Origin: Acidimicrobiia bacterium
GTDB lineage: Bacteria > Actinomycetota > Acidimicrobiia > Spongiisociales > SHLN01
Length of the DNA: 64,000 nt
Reading direction: 5' to 3'
Assembly (NCBI GenBank): GCA_041619515.1
Contig: JBFKDW010000001.1
Span: 15,129 to 79,128 of the forward strand
Positions 9,508 to 22,313 of this stretch are shown in pieces. The first letter of the stretch is position 1, and each line of letters starts with the position of its first letter. A model generated the notes under the pieces. That model saw nothing but the letters and a program-made list of their open reading frames with translations. It made no database searches and had not been told where the DNA came from. Position numbers and translations under genes: made by a program.

Positions 9508-10042
9508 CTTCGAGCAGCTTCTCCACCACCGCCAGTATGTCCTCAGGCTCTGACATTCGACCTGGGCCGACATCTCCACCGGCGAGTTCACCCGAGTCGG
9601 GGCCGACGATCTCATAGCCGTCCTCACGCAGCCGGCCGACGTTGCGCTGGGTTGCCGGGTGCTCCCACATCTCGGTATGCATCGCGGGAGCGATCACGAC
9701 CGGCACCCTGGCAGCCAGCAACGTGTTGCTGAGCAGGTCGTCGGCCAGGCCGTTGGCGATTCGGCCAATGAGATTGGTGGTCGCCGGGGCCACGACGATG
9801 AGCTCGGCCCACCGGGCCAGATCGGTGTGAGGCGACGGGCTGGACCCATCGAACAGGTCTCGCTCAACCGGATTGCCGGTGATGGCGGCAAAGGTCTGCC
9901 GCCCGACGAATCGCTCGGCGGCGGTGGTCATGACGACCCGCACCTCGGCACCTCGCTCGCTGAGACGGCGCGCCAGGTAGGCGCTCTTGTAGGCGGCTAT
10001 CCCCCCGGTGACGCCGAGCAGGATGCGCCGGCCGGTCAGCAC
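9500..10042 (-). CDS. coaC: Phosphopantothenoylcysteine decarboxylase (CoaC flavoprotein)
   Basis: Contains ILLGVTGGIAAYK...VVAPATTNLIGRIANGLADDLL...PAMHTEMWEHP, a CoaC/Dfp N-terminal domain. It ends exactly at the CoaC/CoaB domain boundary. Confidence 0.8.
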   Translation of the reverse strand: MLTGRRILLGVTGGIAAYKSAYLARRLSERGAEVRVVMTTAAERFVGRQTFAAITGNPVERDLFDGSSPSPHTDLARWAELIVVAPATTNLIGRIANGLADDLLSNTLLAARVPVVIAPAMHTEMWEHPATQRNVGRLREDGYEIVGPDSGELAGGDVGPGRMSEPEDILAVVEKLLEDG

Positions 10043-10050
10043 GACCCGTC

Positions 10051-10284
10051 CTACTCCCCGGCTGCGGTGTCGACCTCAACTTTGCCTTCGGCGATCTCCT
10101 CGAGCGAGATGGACAAAGGCTTGCGAGACAACGACGTCACCTGGGGCGGGGCGTAGGTGCCAAGGCCTTCACCGAGCTGGTTGAAATAGGCGTTGATCTG
10201 CCGGGCGCGCCGGGCGGCCAGGACGACGAGCGTGAAGCGGTTGCCTGCCTTGTCGAGGACGGCCTCAATCGGCGGGTTGATCAT
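10051..10284 (-). CDS. rpoZ: DNA-directed RNA polymerase subunit omega
   Basis: MINPPIEAVLDKAGNRFTLVVLAARRARQIN is the RpoZ signature. Start at the ATG at 10284. The upstream part of ORF 10051..10425 is an extension. Confidence 0.8.
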   Translation of the reverse strand: MINPPIEAVLDKAGNRFTLVVLAARRARQINAYFNQLGEGLGTYAPPQVTSLSRKPLSISLEEIAEGKVEVDTAAGE

Positions 10285-10912
10285 GTTCGGAACCTTCCGG
10301 GTGTGCGAACACTGATAGTAGCTCGGCTGCGGCATCAGCGAGGACACCGTTGACGACCCGATGATCGAACTCGTCGGCCATAGCCATCTCCACCCGGGCG
10401 CGTTCGAGGCGCGCCGCAGTGTCACCGGTGTCCCCCCGGCGTGCCAGCCGGGCTTCGAGCTCCTCGAGTGACGGTGGCTCGATGAACACGAAAACCGCCT
10501 CGGGAGCCCGCTCCTTCACCTGCATGGCCCCCTGGACCTCGATTTCGAGGACGACGTCGACGCCCGCCGCCAGCTGATCCTCCACCGGCTGGCGGGGAGT
10601 TCCGTAGCGCTGGCTTGAGAAGTGGGCCCATTCGAGGAACCGATCCTCCTCGACCCACCGGGAGAACTCCTCCTCGGACAGAAAGATGTAGTCGTGACCG
10701 TCCGCCTCGCCGGGGCGGGGAGCACGGGTGGTGGCGCTCACCGAGAGATAGAAGGGCCAGCGTCCGATGACCTCACGCATGAGTGTGTCCTTGCCGACCC
10801 CCGACGGGCCGGCGACAACAAACAGGCGGCCTCGAGCCGGCTCAGGCGAGCCGGTCGAGGAGGGCTTGTCGTTGTCGCTCATTGAGCCCGCGAATCCTTC
10901 GATTGTCGGCAA
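10265..10912 (-). CDS. gmk: Guanylate kinase
   Basis: P-loop GPSGVGKDT and the guanylate kinase fold (SVSATTRAPRPGE...Y.F). The start is uncertain, with an alternative ATG at about 10882. Overlaps the rpoZ start. Confidence 0.8.
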   Translation of the reverse strand: MPTIEGFAGSMSDNDKPSSTGSPEPARGRLFVVAGPSGVGKDTLMREVIGRWPFYLSVSATTRAPRPGEADGHDYIFLSEEEFSRWVEEDRFLEWAHFSSQRYGTPRQPVEDQLAAGVDVVLEIEVQGAMQVKERAPEAVFVFIEPPSLEELEARLARRGDTGDTAARLERARVEMAMADEFDHRVVNGVLADAAAELLSVFAHPEGSEHDQPAD

Positions 10913-11153
10913 TTCCGATCTCGGCCATGATCCGCCCTGCCTTCACCTTGCCGACGCCGGGCAGCGAGGCGACCAGCGAGTAGACCTTCATCCCCGAAAC
11001 CAGCTCGTCGGCGTCGGCCCTCTCGAAGAGCTTGGGGAGGGTGAGGCTGCCGGTCTTCAACAGCTCCTTGAGCTCGGCCCGCAAGCGCCGAGCTGCCGCC
11101 GCCTTTTGCAGAGCGGCCTGGCGCTGCTCCGGGGTCGATGGAGGGACTCCCAT
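10842..11153 (-). CDS. mihF: Integration host factor MihF (actinobacterial mIHF)
   Basis: About 103 aa. EQRQAALQKAAAARRLRAELKE...SLVASLPGVGKVKAGRIM...RRIRGLNERQRQALL resembles mycobacterial mIHF. Confidence 0.8.
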   Translation of the reverse strand: MGVPPSTPEQRQAALQKAAAARRLRAELKELLKTGSLTLPKLFERADADELVSGMKVYSLVASLPGVGKVKAGRIMAEIGIADNRRIRGLNERQRQALLDRLA

Positions 11154-11180
11154 GATGGCTATCTCCAGTAGTTGGCTGGC

Positions 11181-11870
11181 CTAGGACTCTACAGCCTCGG
11201 CGATTGCCGCGGCTGCGGCAACGGGATCCGTGGCTCCGGTGATCGGGCGTCCGATGACGAGGTAGTCGGCACCACGCTCGATGGCCTCGGAGGGGCTCAT
11301 CGTCCGCTCCTGGTCGCCCGCCTCCGCACCGGGTGGTCGGATGCCGGGGGTGACTTTCAGGAGATCTGGAGCTATCTGGGACACCACACCAAGTTCTCTC
11401 GGGGAACAGATGACCCCCTCACAACCGGCCTCACCGGCGGTACGCGTCAACCGGGAAGTGAGCTTGCCGGGGCTGCTTCCCGGTGCCAGCCGTTCAACGT
11501 CGGCGTCGCTCATGCTGGTGAGCACCGTCACGGCCAGGATGCCGCTTCCGGTGGCAGCGGCGGCTGCCCCGGTAACGGCCGCCGTGAGAACGGGGACCCC
11601 CCCGGAGGCGTGGGCCGTTATCCACCTGGCGCCGAGAGCCGCCAGCCGCCGGGCGGCACGCTCCACCTGGCTCGGGATGTCATGCAGCTTGGCGTCGGCA
11701 AACACCGGCTTGCCGATCTCGGCCACGGCGGCGATCGTTGCAGGGCCGGGCCCGAACAGGAGCCCGAGGCCCACCTTGAAGCCGCCGACATGGGGAGCCA
11801 GGCCCCGGGCGAGACGCACCGCGTCCTCAGCCGTCGGCAGGTCGAGCGCAACCAGAATGCGGTCGCTCAC
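11181..11870 (-). CDS. pyrF: Orotidine 5'-phosphate decarboxylase
   Basis: Contains ILVALDLP...GFKVG...DAKLHDIP...VIGRPI. The GTG start at 11870 overlaps the pyrD stop (GTGA). The long N-terminal part of ORF 11181..12620 is an artefact overlapping pyrD. Confidence 0.8.
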   Translation of the reverse strand: MSDRILVALDLPTAEDAVRLARGLAPHVGGFKVGLGLLFGPGPATIAAVAEIGKPVFADAKLHDIPSQVERAARRLAALGARWITAHASGGVPVLTAAVTGAAAAATGSGILAVTVLTSMSDADVERLAPGSSPGKLTSRLTRTAGEAGCEGVICSPRELGVVSQIAPDLLKVTPGIRPPGAEAGDQERTMSPSEAIERGADYLVIGRPITGATDPVAAAAAIAEAVES

Positions 11871-12768
11871 GCCCGGTGGGCCCGCGCCGTGAGCCGACGA
11901 AGCGCTCCGATGTCCTTCCGCCGGCACCAGGCGTCCACCTGCCGGAGTACGCGGGTCCCCACCCTCGGCTCGGCGAAATGGGCGCTCCCGATGGCGACGG
12001 CGCTCGCTCCGGCCAGGAAGTACTCGATGACGTCTTCGCCAGTGCGAATTCCCCCGCAGCCGACGATCGGGACTTCGAGCGCAGCCGCCACTTCCCACAC
12101 GCACCGGAGCGCGATCGGCTTGAGGGGGGGCCCCGAGTATCCGCCGACTTCCCCCGATAGCGCTGGGCGTTGGGTGACGAGGTCGATCCCCATCCCCCAC
12201 ACGGTGTTCGTCAGCACCAGAAAGTCGGCGCCGGCCTCGGTTACGGCCCTGGCTGCACCGACGATGTCCTCGCTGTTTGGCGACAGCTTGGCTCCCAGCG
12301 GCAGGTCGGTCGCATCCCGGACTGCCGCGACGACCTTCCCGGCGGCGCCCGGGTCGAGGGCGAACATGGTTCCCTCCTCCAGGTTTGGGCAGGACAGGTT
12401 CACCTCCACCGCTGCGACGCCCGCGGCGGTCAAGCCCTTGGCGACGAGAGCAAACTCGGCGGGGCTGGTGCCAACTGCCGATCCCCACACCGGGACCGGC
12501 AGGGTCGACACGTCCGGCATGTTCGTTCGCCATTCGTCGATGCCGGGGTTCTGGATGCCGATTCCGTTGAGCATGCCGATTCCGGCAGGTGCGATGCGGG
12601 GTGGGGGCCGGCCCGGCCATGGCTCATGGCTGACCGACTTGGCCACCGCGGCGCCGTACACCTCGAGGGCGGCGACGTCGGCGAAGTCGTAGACCGATCC
12701 CACCGTCCCGGCCGCTGCGATCAGCGGTGATCGCAGCTCGAGCGCTCCGAGCGAAACCGTCAGGTCGG

Positions 12769-12772
<4 letters not shown>
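11867..12772 (-). CDS. pyrD: Dihydroorotate dehydrogenase, class 1 (active-site Cys: NLSCPN)
   Basis: [23 protein letters not shown]...EVNLSCPN...[12 protein letters not shown]. The ATG at 12772 overlaps the carB stop (ATGA). There is no N-terminal membrane anchor, so it is class 1. Confidence 0.85.
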
Positions 12773-16007
<3,235 letters not shown>

Positions 16008-16008
<1 letters not shown>

Positions 16009-17156
16009 CAGGCCAGCTCCATCAAGTCGACGAACCGATCGAAGAGCCCGACCGCGTCCCGCGGGCCGGGCGCCGCTTCGGGATGGAATTGGACGCCGAA
16101 GGCAGGCACGTCGAGGAACTCGAGGCCTTCGAGCGTCCCATCGTTGAGGTTCTGATGGGTGGCTGCCACCGCTCCGAAATCCGAGCCCACCCTGGCCGGC
16201 AGGAGCTCCGGCCCCGGCACCCCCACCCGGGCCGGGGGCGAGCCGTCCGAACGCGACCACAGGTCCACTGCGAAGCCATGATTCTGCGCCGTGATCGCCA
16301 CCGCTCCGGTGGCGAGGTTTCGCACCGGATGGTTGCTGCCGTGATGACCGAACGGGAGCTTGAAGGTCCGGGCGCCCAGCGCCAGCCCCAGCAGCTGATG
16401 ACCGAGACAGATGCCGAACACGGGGACCCGTCCGAGCAGATCACAGATGGCAGTGACGGTGGTGGTCAGTGGCTCCGGATCCCCCGGCCCGTTCGAGAGG
16501 AAGACGCCGTCGGGAGCCTCGGCGAGAATGTCGGCTGCTGGGGTTGCCGCCGGCACCACCGTGACCGCCAGGCCCCGGCCGGTGAGCTGGTCGAGGATGT
16601 CGCGTTTGATTCCGAGGTCGATTGCAACCACGGTGCCGACGGGTGGCCCCGCCGGCGTCACGCCGTACGGCTCTCTCGTCGTGACGGAACCGACGAGGTC
16701 CCGGCCCTCCATCGGCAGCGCCGACTCTGCCCGCCGGTGCAGCTCTCCTTCGTCGATTCCGGCTCCCATCGCCATCGGCATGGCTCCCCTGACCCGCAGA
16801 TGGCGGGCGAGCCGCCTCGTGTCGACGCCGGAAAGGGCCACCACTCCGGCTTCGACGAGATAGTCGGACAACTCGCCGCCCGCCCGCCAGCTCGAGGCTC
16901 GCGGGCTGAGCGACCTGACAACGACGCCGGCGCAGAACGGATGCGGAGCCTGGTCGTCTTGGGCCGCCACACCGTAGTTGCCGATATGAGGGGATGTCAT
17001 CACCACCACCTGCCCGGCGTAGGAGGGGTCGCTGAGGACCTCCTGATAGCCACTCATCGACGTGTTGAACACGGCTTCACCGGTGGCAACTCCGTCGGCG
17101 CCGACCGATTCGCCCTCGAAGCGGGTCCCGTCGGCGAGCACGAGCAGGCCGCTCAT
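16008..17156 (-). CDS. carA: Carbamoyl-phosphate synthase small subunit (glutamine amidotransferase)
   Basis: N-terminal CPSase small-subunit domain and the class I GATase catalytic triad region (GICLGHQLL). Confidence 0.9.
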
Positions 17157-18424
17157 GCGTCTTCCAGCTGATAGGAGAGCTCACCGTCCCGGACCGTTGC
17201 TTTGACGCGGCCCAGCAGCGGTCGGCCGACAAAGGGCGAATTGCTCGATCGCGACAGGAACCGCTGCGGGGTCCACTCCATCGCGGGGTCGAACACCACC
17301 AGGTTGGCGGCGGAACCAACTGCGACAGGCTGTCCGTGGTCTCGGAAGCCCCCGAGCCGGGCCGGCGCAATCGCCATGCGATCGAAGAACACCTCGGGGC
17401 TCAACGCCAGGGCCGTGTTCACGGCGCCGGCGGCGGTTTCCAAGCCGATCACGCCGAACGCACCGGCTTCGAGGCCCGCCGCAACAGTCTCGTCGGGCGT
17501 GTGCGGCGCGTGGTCGGTGGCGACGATGTCGATGATTCCTTCCACGACTGCTTCCCGGATGGCGGCAACATCGGCCGGTGTTCGCAAGGGAGGCTTCATC
17601 TTGAAGCGCGGGTCACGCGCTTTGAGCTCGGTGTGGTCGAAGGTGAGGTGATGCGGCGTCGCCTCCGCCGTGACGTTCAATCCTTCCGACTTGGCCGCTG
17701 CGATCAGCTCGACGGTTGCTTCCGTGCTCACATGCTGCACGTGAATGGCGCCGCCCGTCTCCCTGGCGAGCAGCAGGTCGCGGGCCACGATCAACGACTC
17801 GGCAACCCAAGGCATGCCGGGGACACCGAGAAGCGCCGACACTTCACCCTCATGCATGACGCCCCCCGCCGTCAACGAGGCGTCCTCGGCGTGCTCGGAG
17901 ACGACGGAACCCGATGGCAGGAGCGCCCGGAGGGCAGTGCGAAGGAGCTGGGCGGTGGTGACGCTGTCGCCATCATCGGTGAACCAGCGGACGCCTGCTG
18001 CCAGCATGCCCTCCAGATCGGCCAACGTGACTCCGGCCCGCCCCTCCGTGACGGCGCCGGCGACGCCGATCTCGACCGCTCCGGCCCCACGGCCGAGCTC
18101 CAGCGCCTCGGCTGCCCGTTCACCGGTATCGACCGCCGGGGTGGTGTTCGGCATCGCGAGAATGGCGGTGTATCCGCCGGCGGCTGCCGCCCGGGCACCG
18201 GAGGTCATGTCCTCCTTGTGTTCTTGGCCGGGCTGGCGCAGATGGGTGTGGAGATCGACGAAGCCCGGGCCGACCCAGCAGCCCGTGCAGTCGATGATGA
18301 CATCAGCGGCCCGGGAGCCATCGATCTCGGCGACTCGTCCGTCCTCGATGAGAATGCCGGCCCGGCGACGCACGCCCGAGGCGGTCAGCACGTCTCCACC
18401 GGCCAGCAGCAGGGTCGCCGTCAT
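17153..18424 (-). CDS. pyrC: Dihydroorotase
   Basis: Contains VDLHTHLRQPG...AMPNT...DHAPH, typical amidohydrolase metal ligands of PyrC. Confidence 0.85.
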   Translation of the reverse strand: MTATLLLAGGDVLTASGVRRRAGILIEDGRVAEIDGSRAADVIIDCTGCWVGPGFVDLHTHLRQPGQEHKEDMTSGARAAAAGGYTAILAMPNTTPAVDTGERAAEALELGRGAGAVEIGVAGAVTEGRAGVTLADLEGMLAAGVRWFTDDGDSVTTAQLLRTALRALLPSGSVVSEHAEDASLTAGGVMHEGEVSALLGVPGMPWVAESLIVARDLLLARETGGAIHVQHVSTEATVELIAAAKSEGLNVTAEATPHHLTFDHTELKARDPRFKMKPPLRTPADVAAIREAVVEGIIDIVATDHAPHTPDETVAAGLEAGAFGVIGLETAAGAVNTALALSPEVFFDRMAIAPARLGGFRDHGQPVAVGSAANLVVFDPAMEWTPQRFLSRSSNSPFVGRPLLGRVKATVRDGELSYQLEDA

Positions 18425-18582
18425 CCGCCCGCCTCGGGAGAGGAGCGATTCTCGATGCTGCGACTCCGGCCGGGCAATGGGGGATGGGCCGGACGAACGC
18501 GTGTTTCACCCTGCTCGGGGGTTGCTCGGGTCTCCACCTTCTCCACCCTGGCCGGCGGTCGCTGAGCCGGCCGGTTGGGATT

Positions 18583-18975
18583 CTACCCGCCCGGCCGGCT
18601 GCCTCCGTGCACCTCCACCGGCCGCTCCTGCGCCGCCAGGGTGGCGAGTACGCCGTTGACGAAGCTCCCGCTCTGCTCGGTGGAGTATCGCTTGGCCAAC
18701 TCGACCGCTTCATCGATGATCGTGCCCACCGAGGCGCGCCGGTTGTGACGCAACTCATAGAGGCCGATGCGAAGGATGGCCCGGTCTACCGGGGGCATCC
18801 GCTCGACCCGCCAGTTCGTTGACACCAATTCGAGGGTGGCATCGAGGGCGTCGCGTTCGTCCTGCACGCCGGCGACGATTCTTCCCACCCGGCCCCCGAT
18901 TGGATCTGCTTCCTCCCGGCGCTGGTCGGCCTCGTAGAGGATCCGCAGCGCAGCCTCCCGGGCTGATCCCTTCAT
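18583..18975 (-). CDS. nusB: Transcription antitermination factor NusB
   Basis: 130 aa, containing AREAALRILYEADQ...DRAILRIGLYEL...IIDEAVELAKRY. Confidence 0.85.
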   Translation of the reverse strand: MKGSAREAALRILYEADQRREEADPIGGRVGRIVAGVQDERDALDATLELVSTNWRVERMPPVDRAILRIGLYELRHNRRASVGTIIDEAVELAKRYSTEQSGSFVNGVLATLAAQERPVEVHGGSRPGG

Positions 18976-19532
18976 GTCACCCGGGTCATGTATCCGCCGG
19001 TGCGGGTATCCACCTTGACGACGTCGCCGGCTTCGACGAAGAGGGGTGCCTGGATGACCAGTCCGGTTTCGAGCGTGACCGGCTTGGTTGCTCCCGAGAC
19101 CCGATCACCCTTGACGCCCGGCTCGGCTGCCGTCACCGCCAGATCGACCGACGCCGGCAGATCCACGGAAATCGGCCGGCCGCCGTACATGGGCAGGAGC
19201 GCGGTCATGCCCTCGGTCAGATAGGCGGCGGCTTCGCCGACGTCGTCAGAGGAGACCACCAGCTGGGCATAGGTCTCGTTGTCCATGAAATGGAACCCGA
19301 GATCATCGCGGTAGAGGAACTGATGCTCGCGCTTGTCGATGACCGCCCGATCGACGTTCTCGTCGGGCCGAAAGGTGCGTTCCACAACCCCGCCCCCATC
19401 GAGGTTCTTGAGCTTCATCTTCACGAAGGCCTTGCCCTTGCCAGGCTTGGTGTGAGAGTGTTCGATTATCTGGAACAGGCCGTCGTCGAGGGCGAGAGCC
19501 TGTCCGGTTTTGAGGCTGTTGGCTGCCGGCAT
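18972..19532 (-). CDS. efp: Elongation factor P
   Basis: Contains LKTGQALALDDGLFQIIEHSHTKPGKGKAFVKMKLKNL (KOW-like domain with the conserved Lys loop). Start probably at MPAANS. Its stop overlaps the nusB start. Confidence 0.85.
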   Translation of the reverse strand: MPAANSLKTGQALALDDGLFQIIEHSHTKPGKGKAFVKMKLKNLDGGGVVERTFRPDENVDRAVIDKREHQFLYRDDLGFHFMDNETYAQLVVSSDDVGEAAAYLTEGMTALLPMYGGRPISVDLPASVDLAVTAAEPGVKGDRVSGATKPVTLETGLVIQAPLFVEAGDVVKVDTRTGGYMTRVT

Positions 19533-19569
19533 GGGACGAGTGTACAAACGGCGCGTGTGCTGGAGGTGC

Positions 19570-20592
19570 TTAGCTGCGTGAGGCGGCTACTGCGCCCAGC
19601 CCGATTCGAACTGCGTCGTCCTCGACCGCAACCACGATCGGACGGCCGATCGCCTCGAGCAGCACCATGTTGAGGCCGTCGGCATCGCGTTTCTTGTCCA
19701 GCCCGATGAGATCAAGGACACGCTCGGCATCGAACTCGATGGAGGTCGGCAGTCCGAGGTGGCGGATGATGGCAGTGACGCGGGCCGACTCGCTGAACCC
19801 GGTCCGGGCGGCGGAAACCGCACCGGCCGCGACCATCCCGATGGCGACCGCCTCGCCGTGGCTGATCCCGGTCGCCACCTCGATGGCGTGTCCGATCGTG
19901 TGGCCGTAATTGAGGATGGCGCGTCGTCCCGCCTCTCGGAAGTCTTCGGCCACCACCGTGGTCTTGACCGCCACCGCCCGATGGACTATCTCCTCCAGGT
20001 CGGCGCCGGGCCCGGCCCGTTCCAAGACCTCCACCAGGGCCGGGTCACCGATCAGCCCGGCCTTGAGCACCTCAGCCATACCCTGGGCGCGCAGCTCCTG
20101 CGGTAGCGCATCGAGCACGTCGAGATCGATCACGATGCGGGCCGGATGGGAGAAGGTGCCCACCAGGTTCTTTCCCTCCACGTTGATGCCCGTCTTGCCC
20201 CCGATGGCGGCATCCACCGCCCCCAGCAGGGTGGTGGGGCAGAACACCGCCTCGATGCCGCGCAAATAGGTGGCCGCCACAAAGCCTCCGAGATCGGTCA
20301 CCGATCCGCCGCCTATTGCCAGCAGGGTGTCGTGCCGGGTGACGCCGAGATTGTTGAGTCGCCGGTAGACGTCCTCTGCCACGGCCAGGGTCTTGGCTGC
20401 CTCACCATCGGGAACCATGATCAGTTCGACCGCCAACCCCTCGGCGCGCAGGCCTTCGGCTACGTTCCCGGCATACTCCCCCGGGGCCTGCTGACTGAGG
20501 AGCGCAACCCGGGCCCGGCCCTCACGGACGGGAAGCATCTCGCCGGCCACGGCCGCCCGCGTGATGACGATGTCCGGCCCGTTCAGATCCAT
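19570..20592 (-). CDS. aroB: 3-dehydroquinate synthase
   Basis: Contains GGGSVTDLGGFVAATYLRGI...GGKTGIN...LNYGHTIGHAIE. Confidence 0.85.
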   Translation of the reverse strand: MDLNGPDIVITRAAVAGEMLPVREGRARVALLSQQAPGEYAGNVAEGLRAEGLAVELIMVPDGEAAKTLAVAEDVYRRLNNLGVTRHDTLLAIGGGSVTDLGGFVAATYLRGIEAVFCPTTLLGAVDAAIGGKTGINVEGKNLVGTFSHPARIVIDLDVLDALPQELRAQGMAEVLKAGLIGDPALVEVLERAGPGADLEEIVHRAVAVKTTVVAEDFREAGRRAILNYGHTIGHAIEVATGISHGEAVAIGMVAAGAVSAARTGFSESARVTAIIRHLGLPTSIEFDAERVLDLIGLDKKRDADGLNMVLLEAIGRPIVVAVEDDAVRIGLGAVAASRS

Positions 20593-21077
20593 GCGCTCAC
20601 CTCTGCGGCAACCTCTGCCGGGGTGCGGCCGTCGGTGCTGACGGTGTGATGCGCAGCCCGCTCGTAGGCATTGCGGCGGCTCTCCAGCAGCTCTGCCAAG
20701 CGGGCTTCCCCGCCGCCCCCGAGAACCGGACGATCCAGTGAGCCGACCACCCGGCCGGCAAGCACGGAGGGCGGTGCCTGCAGCCAGACGACCGTTCCCG
20801 ACCGGCGCATCGCCCGACGGTTGGCTTTGCTGAGGATGGCCCCGCCTCCGGTGGAGACCACCGCTTCGCCGCCCGCAGCCAGCTCCGCGATGATGGTGGT
20901 TTCGATGGCACGAAAGGCACCTTCTCCCTCACGCTCCCACAGGTCGGGGATGCTCGTCCCGAGCCTCGCCTGCACGAGCAGGTCGACGTCGTAGAACGGC
21001 CGACCTTTCAGCACTCCGACCAAACGGCCGACGGTGGTCTTGCCCGATCCCATCATTCCGACCAGCCAGAGATTCAT
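20583..21077 (-). CDS. aroK: Shikimate kinase
   Basis: MNLWLVGMMGSGKTTVGR (P-loop) and a GGG lid. Confidence 0.85.
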   Translation of the reverse strand: MNLWLVGMMGSGKTTVGRLVGVLKGRPFYDVDLLVQARLGTSIPDLWEREGEGAFRAIETTIIAELAAGGEAVVSTGGGAILSKANRRAMRRSGTVVWLQAPPSVLAGRVVGSLDRPVLGGGGEARLAELLESRRNAYERAAHHTVSTDGRTPAEVAAEVSAWI

Positions 21078-21081
21078 CTGT

Positions 21082-22230
21082 TCAGAAGCGGGTCAACCGT
21101 TTGCGGTAATGGTCGACCGCCGCCTGCAGATCGTCGACGGTGTCGCCACCGAACTTGCGCTGAACCTCCTGCGCCAGGACGATGGCCACCATCTGCTCGG
21201 CTACCACGCCTGCGGCGGGCACGGCACATACGTCGGATCTCTCCCGGATCGCCTTTTCCGGCTCCTTCGACGTGACGTCGACCGTCTGGAGGGCGCGCAT
21301 GAGGTTTGAGAGCGGCTTCATGGCCGCCCGCACCCGGATGATTCCGCCCATGCTCATGCCACCTTCGATCCCACCCGCCCGGTTGGTGTCTCGCACGAAC
21401 CCATCCTCGAAGCGGATCTCATCATGTGCCTTCGACCCGCGGCGGGTGGCTCCGGCCAGGCCGTCCCCGATTTCGACGGCCTTGATCGCCTGGATGGACA
21501 TGAGCGCCGCCGCCAGGCGAGCATCCAGCCGGCGGTCGTAGTGGACGTGGCTCCCGAGGCCCGGCATGGCGCCGTGCGCCACAACCTCTACGACACCGCC
21601 GAGCGTGTCGCGATCGGCCTTGGCAGCCTCGATCTCGGCGATCATCGCTTCGGCGCCTGCCGCGTCGAAGGCTCGCACCGGGGACGAATCGATGGCGGGA
21701 AGATCGGCCAGGGTCGGCACCGGGCCATCGGGAGCCCGGGCGGCTCCGATCGCCACGACGTGGCTGACGACCGTGATCTCAACCGCCGCCAGGAGCTCTT
21801 TGGCGAGGCTGCCGGCCACAGTGCGGGCTGCCGTCTCGCGCGCCGAGGCCCGCTCCAGGATGTCACGGGCATCATGCGTGTCGTACTTCTGCATGCCCGC
21901 CAGGTCGGCGTGACCGGGACGGGGGGCGGTCGCCGGGCGCTGTGACTCCCCAGGGAGAGGAGACATCTCACTGCTCCATTTATCCCATTCTGTGTTCCGG
22001 ACTACCACCGCCACCGGCGACCCGAGGGTCTTGCCGAACCGAACGCCGCCGAGAATCTCCAGTTCGTCGCGTTCGAGCTTCATGCGCGGTCCGCGGCCGA
22101 ACCCGAGTCTGCGGCGAGCCAGCTCGGCGGCGATGACCTCGGGGTCGACCCGGAGGCCCGCCGGAAGGCCCTCAACGATGGTGGTGAGGCCCGGGCCGTG
22201 CGACTCGCCGGCGGTCAGAAAACGCAACAT
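21082..22230 (-). CDS. aroC: Chorismate synthase
   Basis: MLRFLTAGESHGPGLTTIVEGLPAGL...GGRSSARETA. Start at the ATG at 22230. ORF 21082..22287 is over-extended. Confidence 0.85.
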   Translation of the reverse strand: MLRFLTAGESHGPGLTTIVEGLPAGLRVDPEVIAAELARRRLGFGRGPRMKLERDELEILGGVRFGKTLGSPVAVVVRNTEWDKWSSEMSPLPGESQRPATAPRPGHADLAGMQKYDTHDARDILERASARETAARTVAGSLAKELLAAVEITVVSHVVAIGAARAPDGPVPTLADLPAIDSSPVRAFDAAGAEAMIAEIEAAKADRDTLGGVVEVVAHGAMPGLGSHVHYDRRLDARLAAALMSIQAIKAVEIGDGLAGATRRGSKAHDEIRFEDGFVRDTNRAGGIEGGMSMGGIIRVRAAMKPLSNLMRALQTVDVTSKEPEKAIRERSDVCAVPAAGVVAEQMVAIVLAQEVQRKFGGDTVDDLQAAVDHYRKRLTRF

Positions 22231-22313
22231 GTAGAGGATGGTAGGCGGGAACCCAGGGCCGGCGTAGCTCCTTGCAGAGGTCTCCAACCACTAGGCGAAC
22301 ACGGCCGGCGAAG

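Noticed and set aside
8857-10042. Frameshifted coaBC pseudogene
   Set aside because: The frame break falls exactly at the CoaC/CoaB domain boundary, with an in-frame ATG for CoaB 8 nt upstream of the CoaC stop. It is interpreted as naturally split, coupled genes. The option is kept as a finding to be checked.
11181-12620. 479-aa ORF suggesting a pyrF fusion with a large N-terminal domain
   Set aside because: The first roughly 250 residues are Arg/Pro-rich and overlap pyrD in another frame. The OMP decarboxylase domain starts at a GTG at 11870 that overlaps the pyrD stop (GTGA).
18425-18582. Possible PyrR binding loop (CUCCUCUCCCGAGG) in the pyrC leader
   Set aside because: It does not match the conserved PyrR box (…CCAGAGAGG…) well, and no pyrR gene is present in the window.
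18303-18758. 151-aa minus-strand ORF spanning the nusB-pyrC spacer
   Set aside because: It overlaps nusB in another frame, its product is Arg/Pro/Trp-rich, and it has no motif. Judged spurious.
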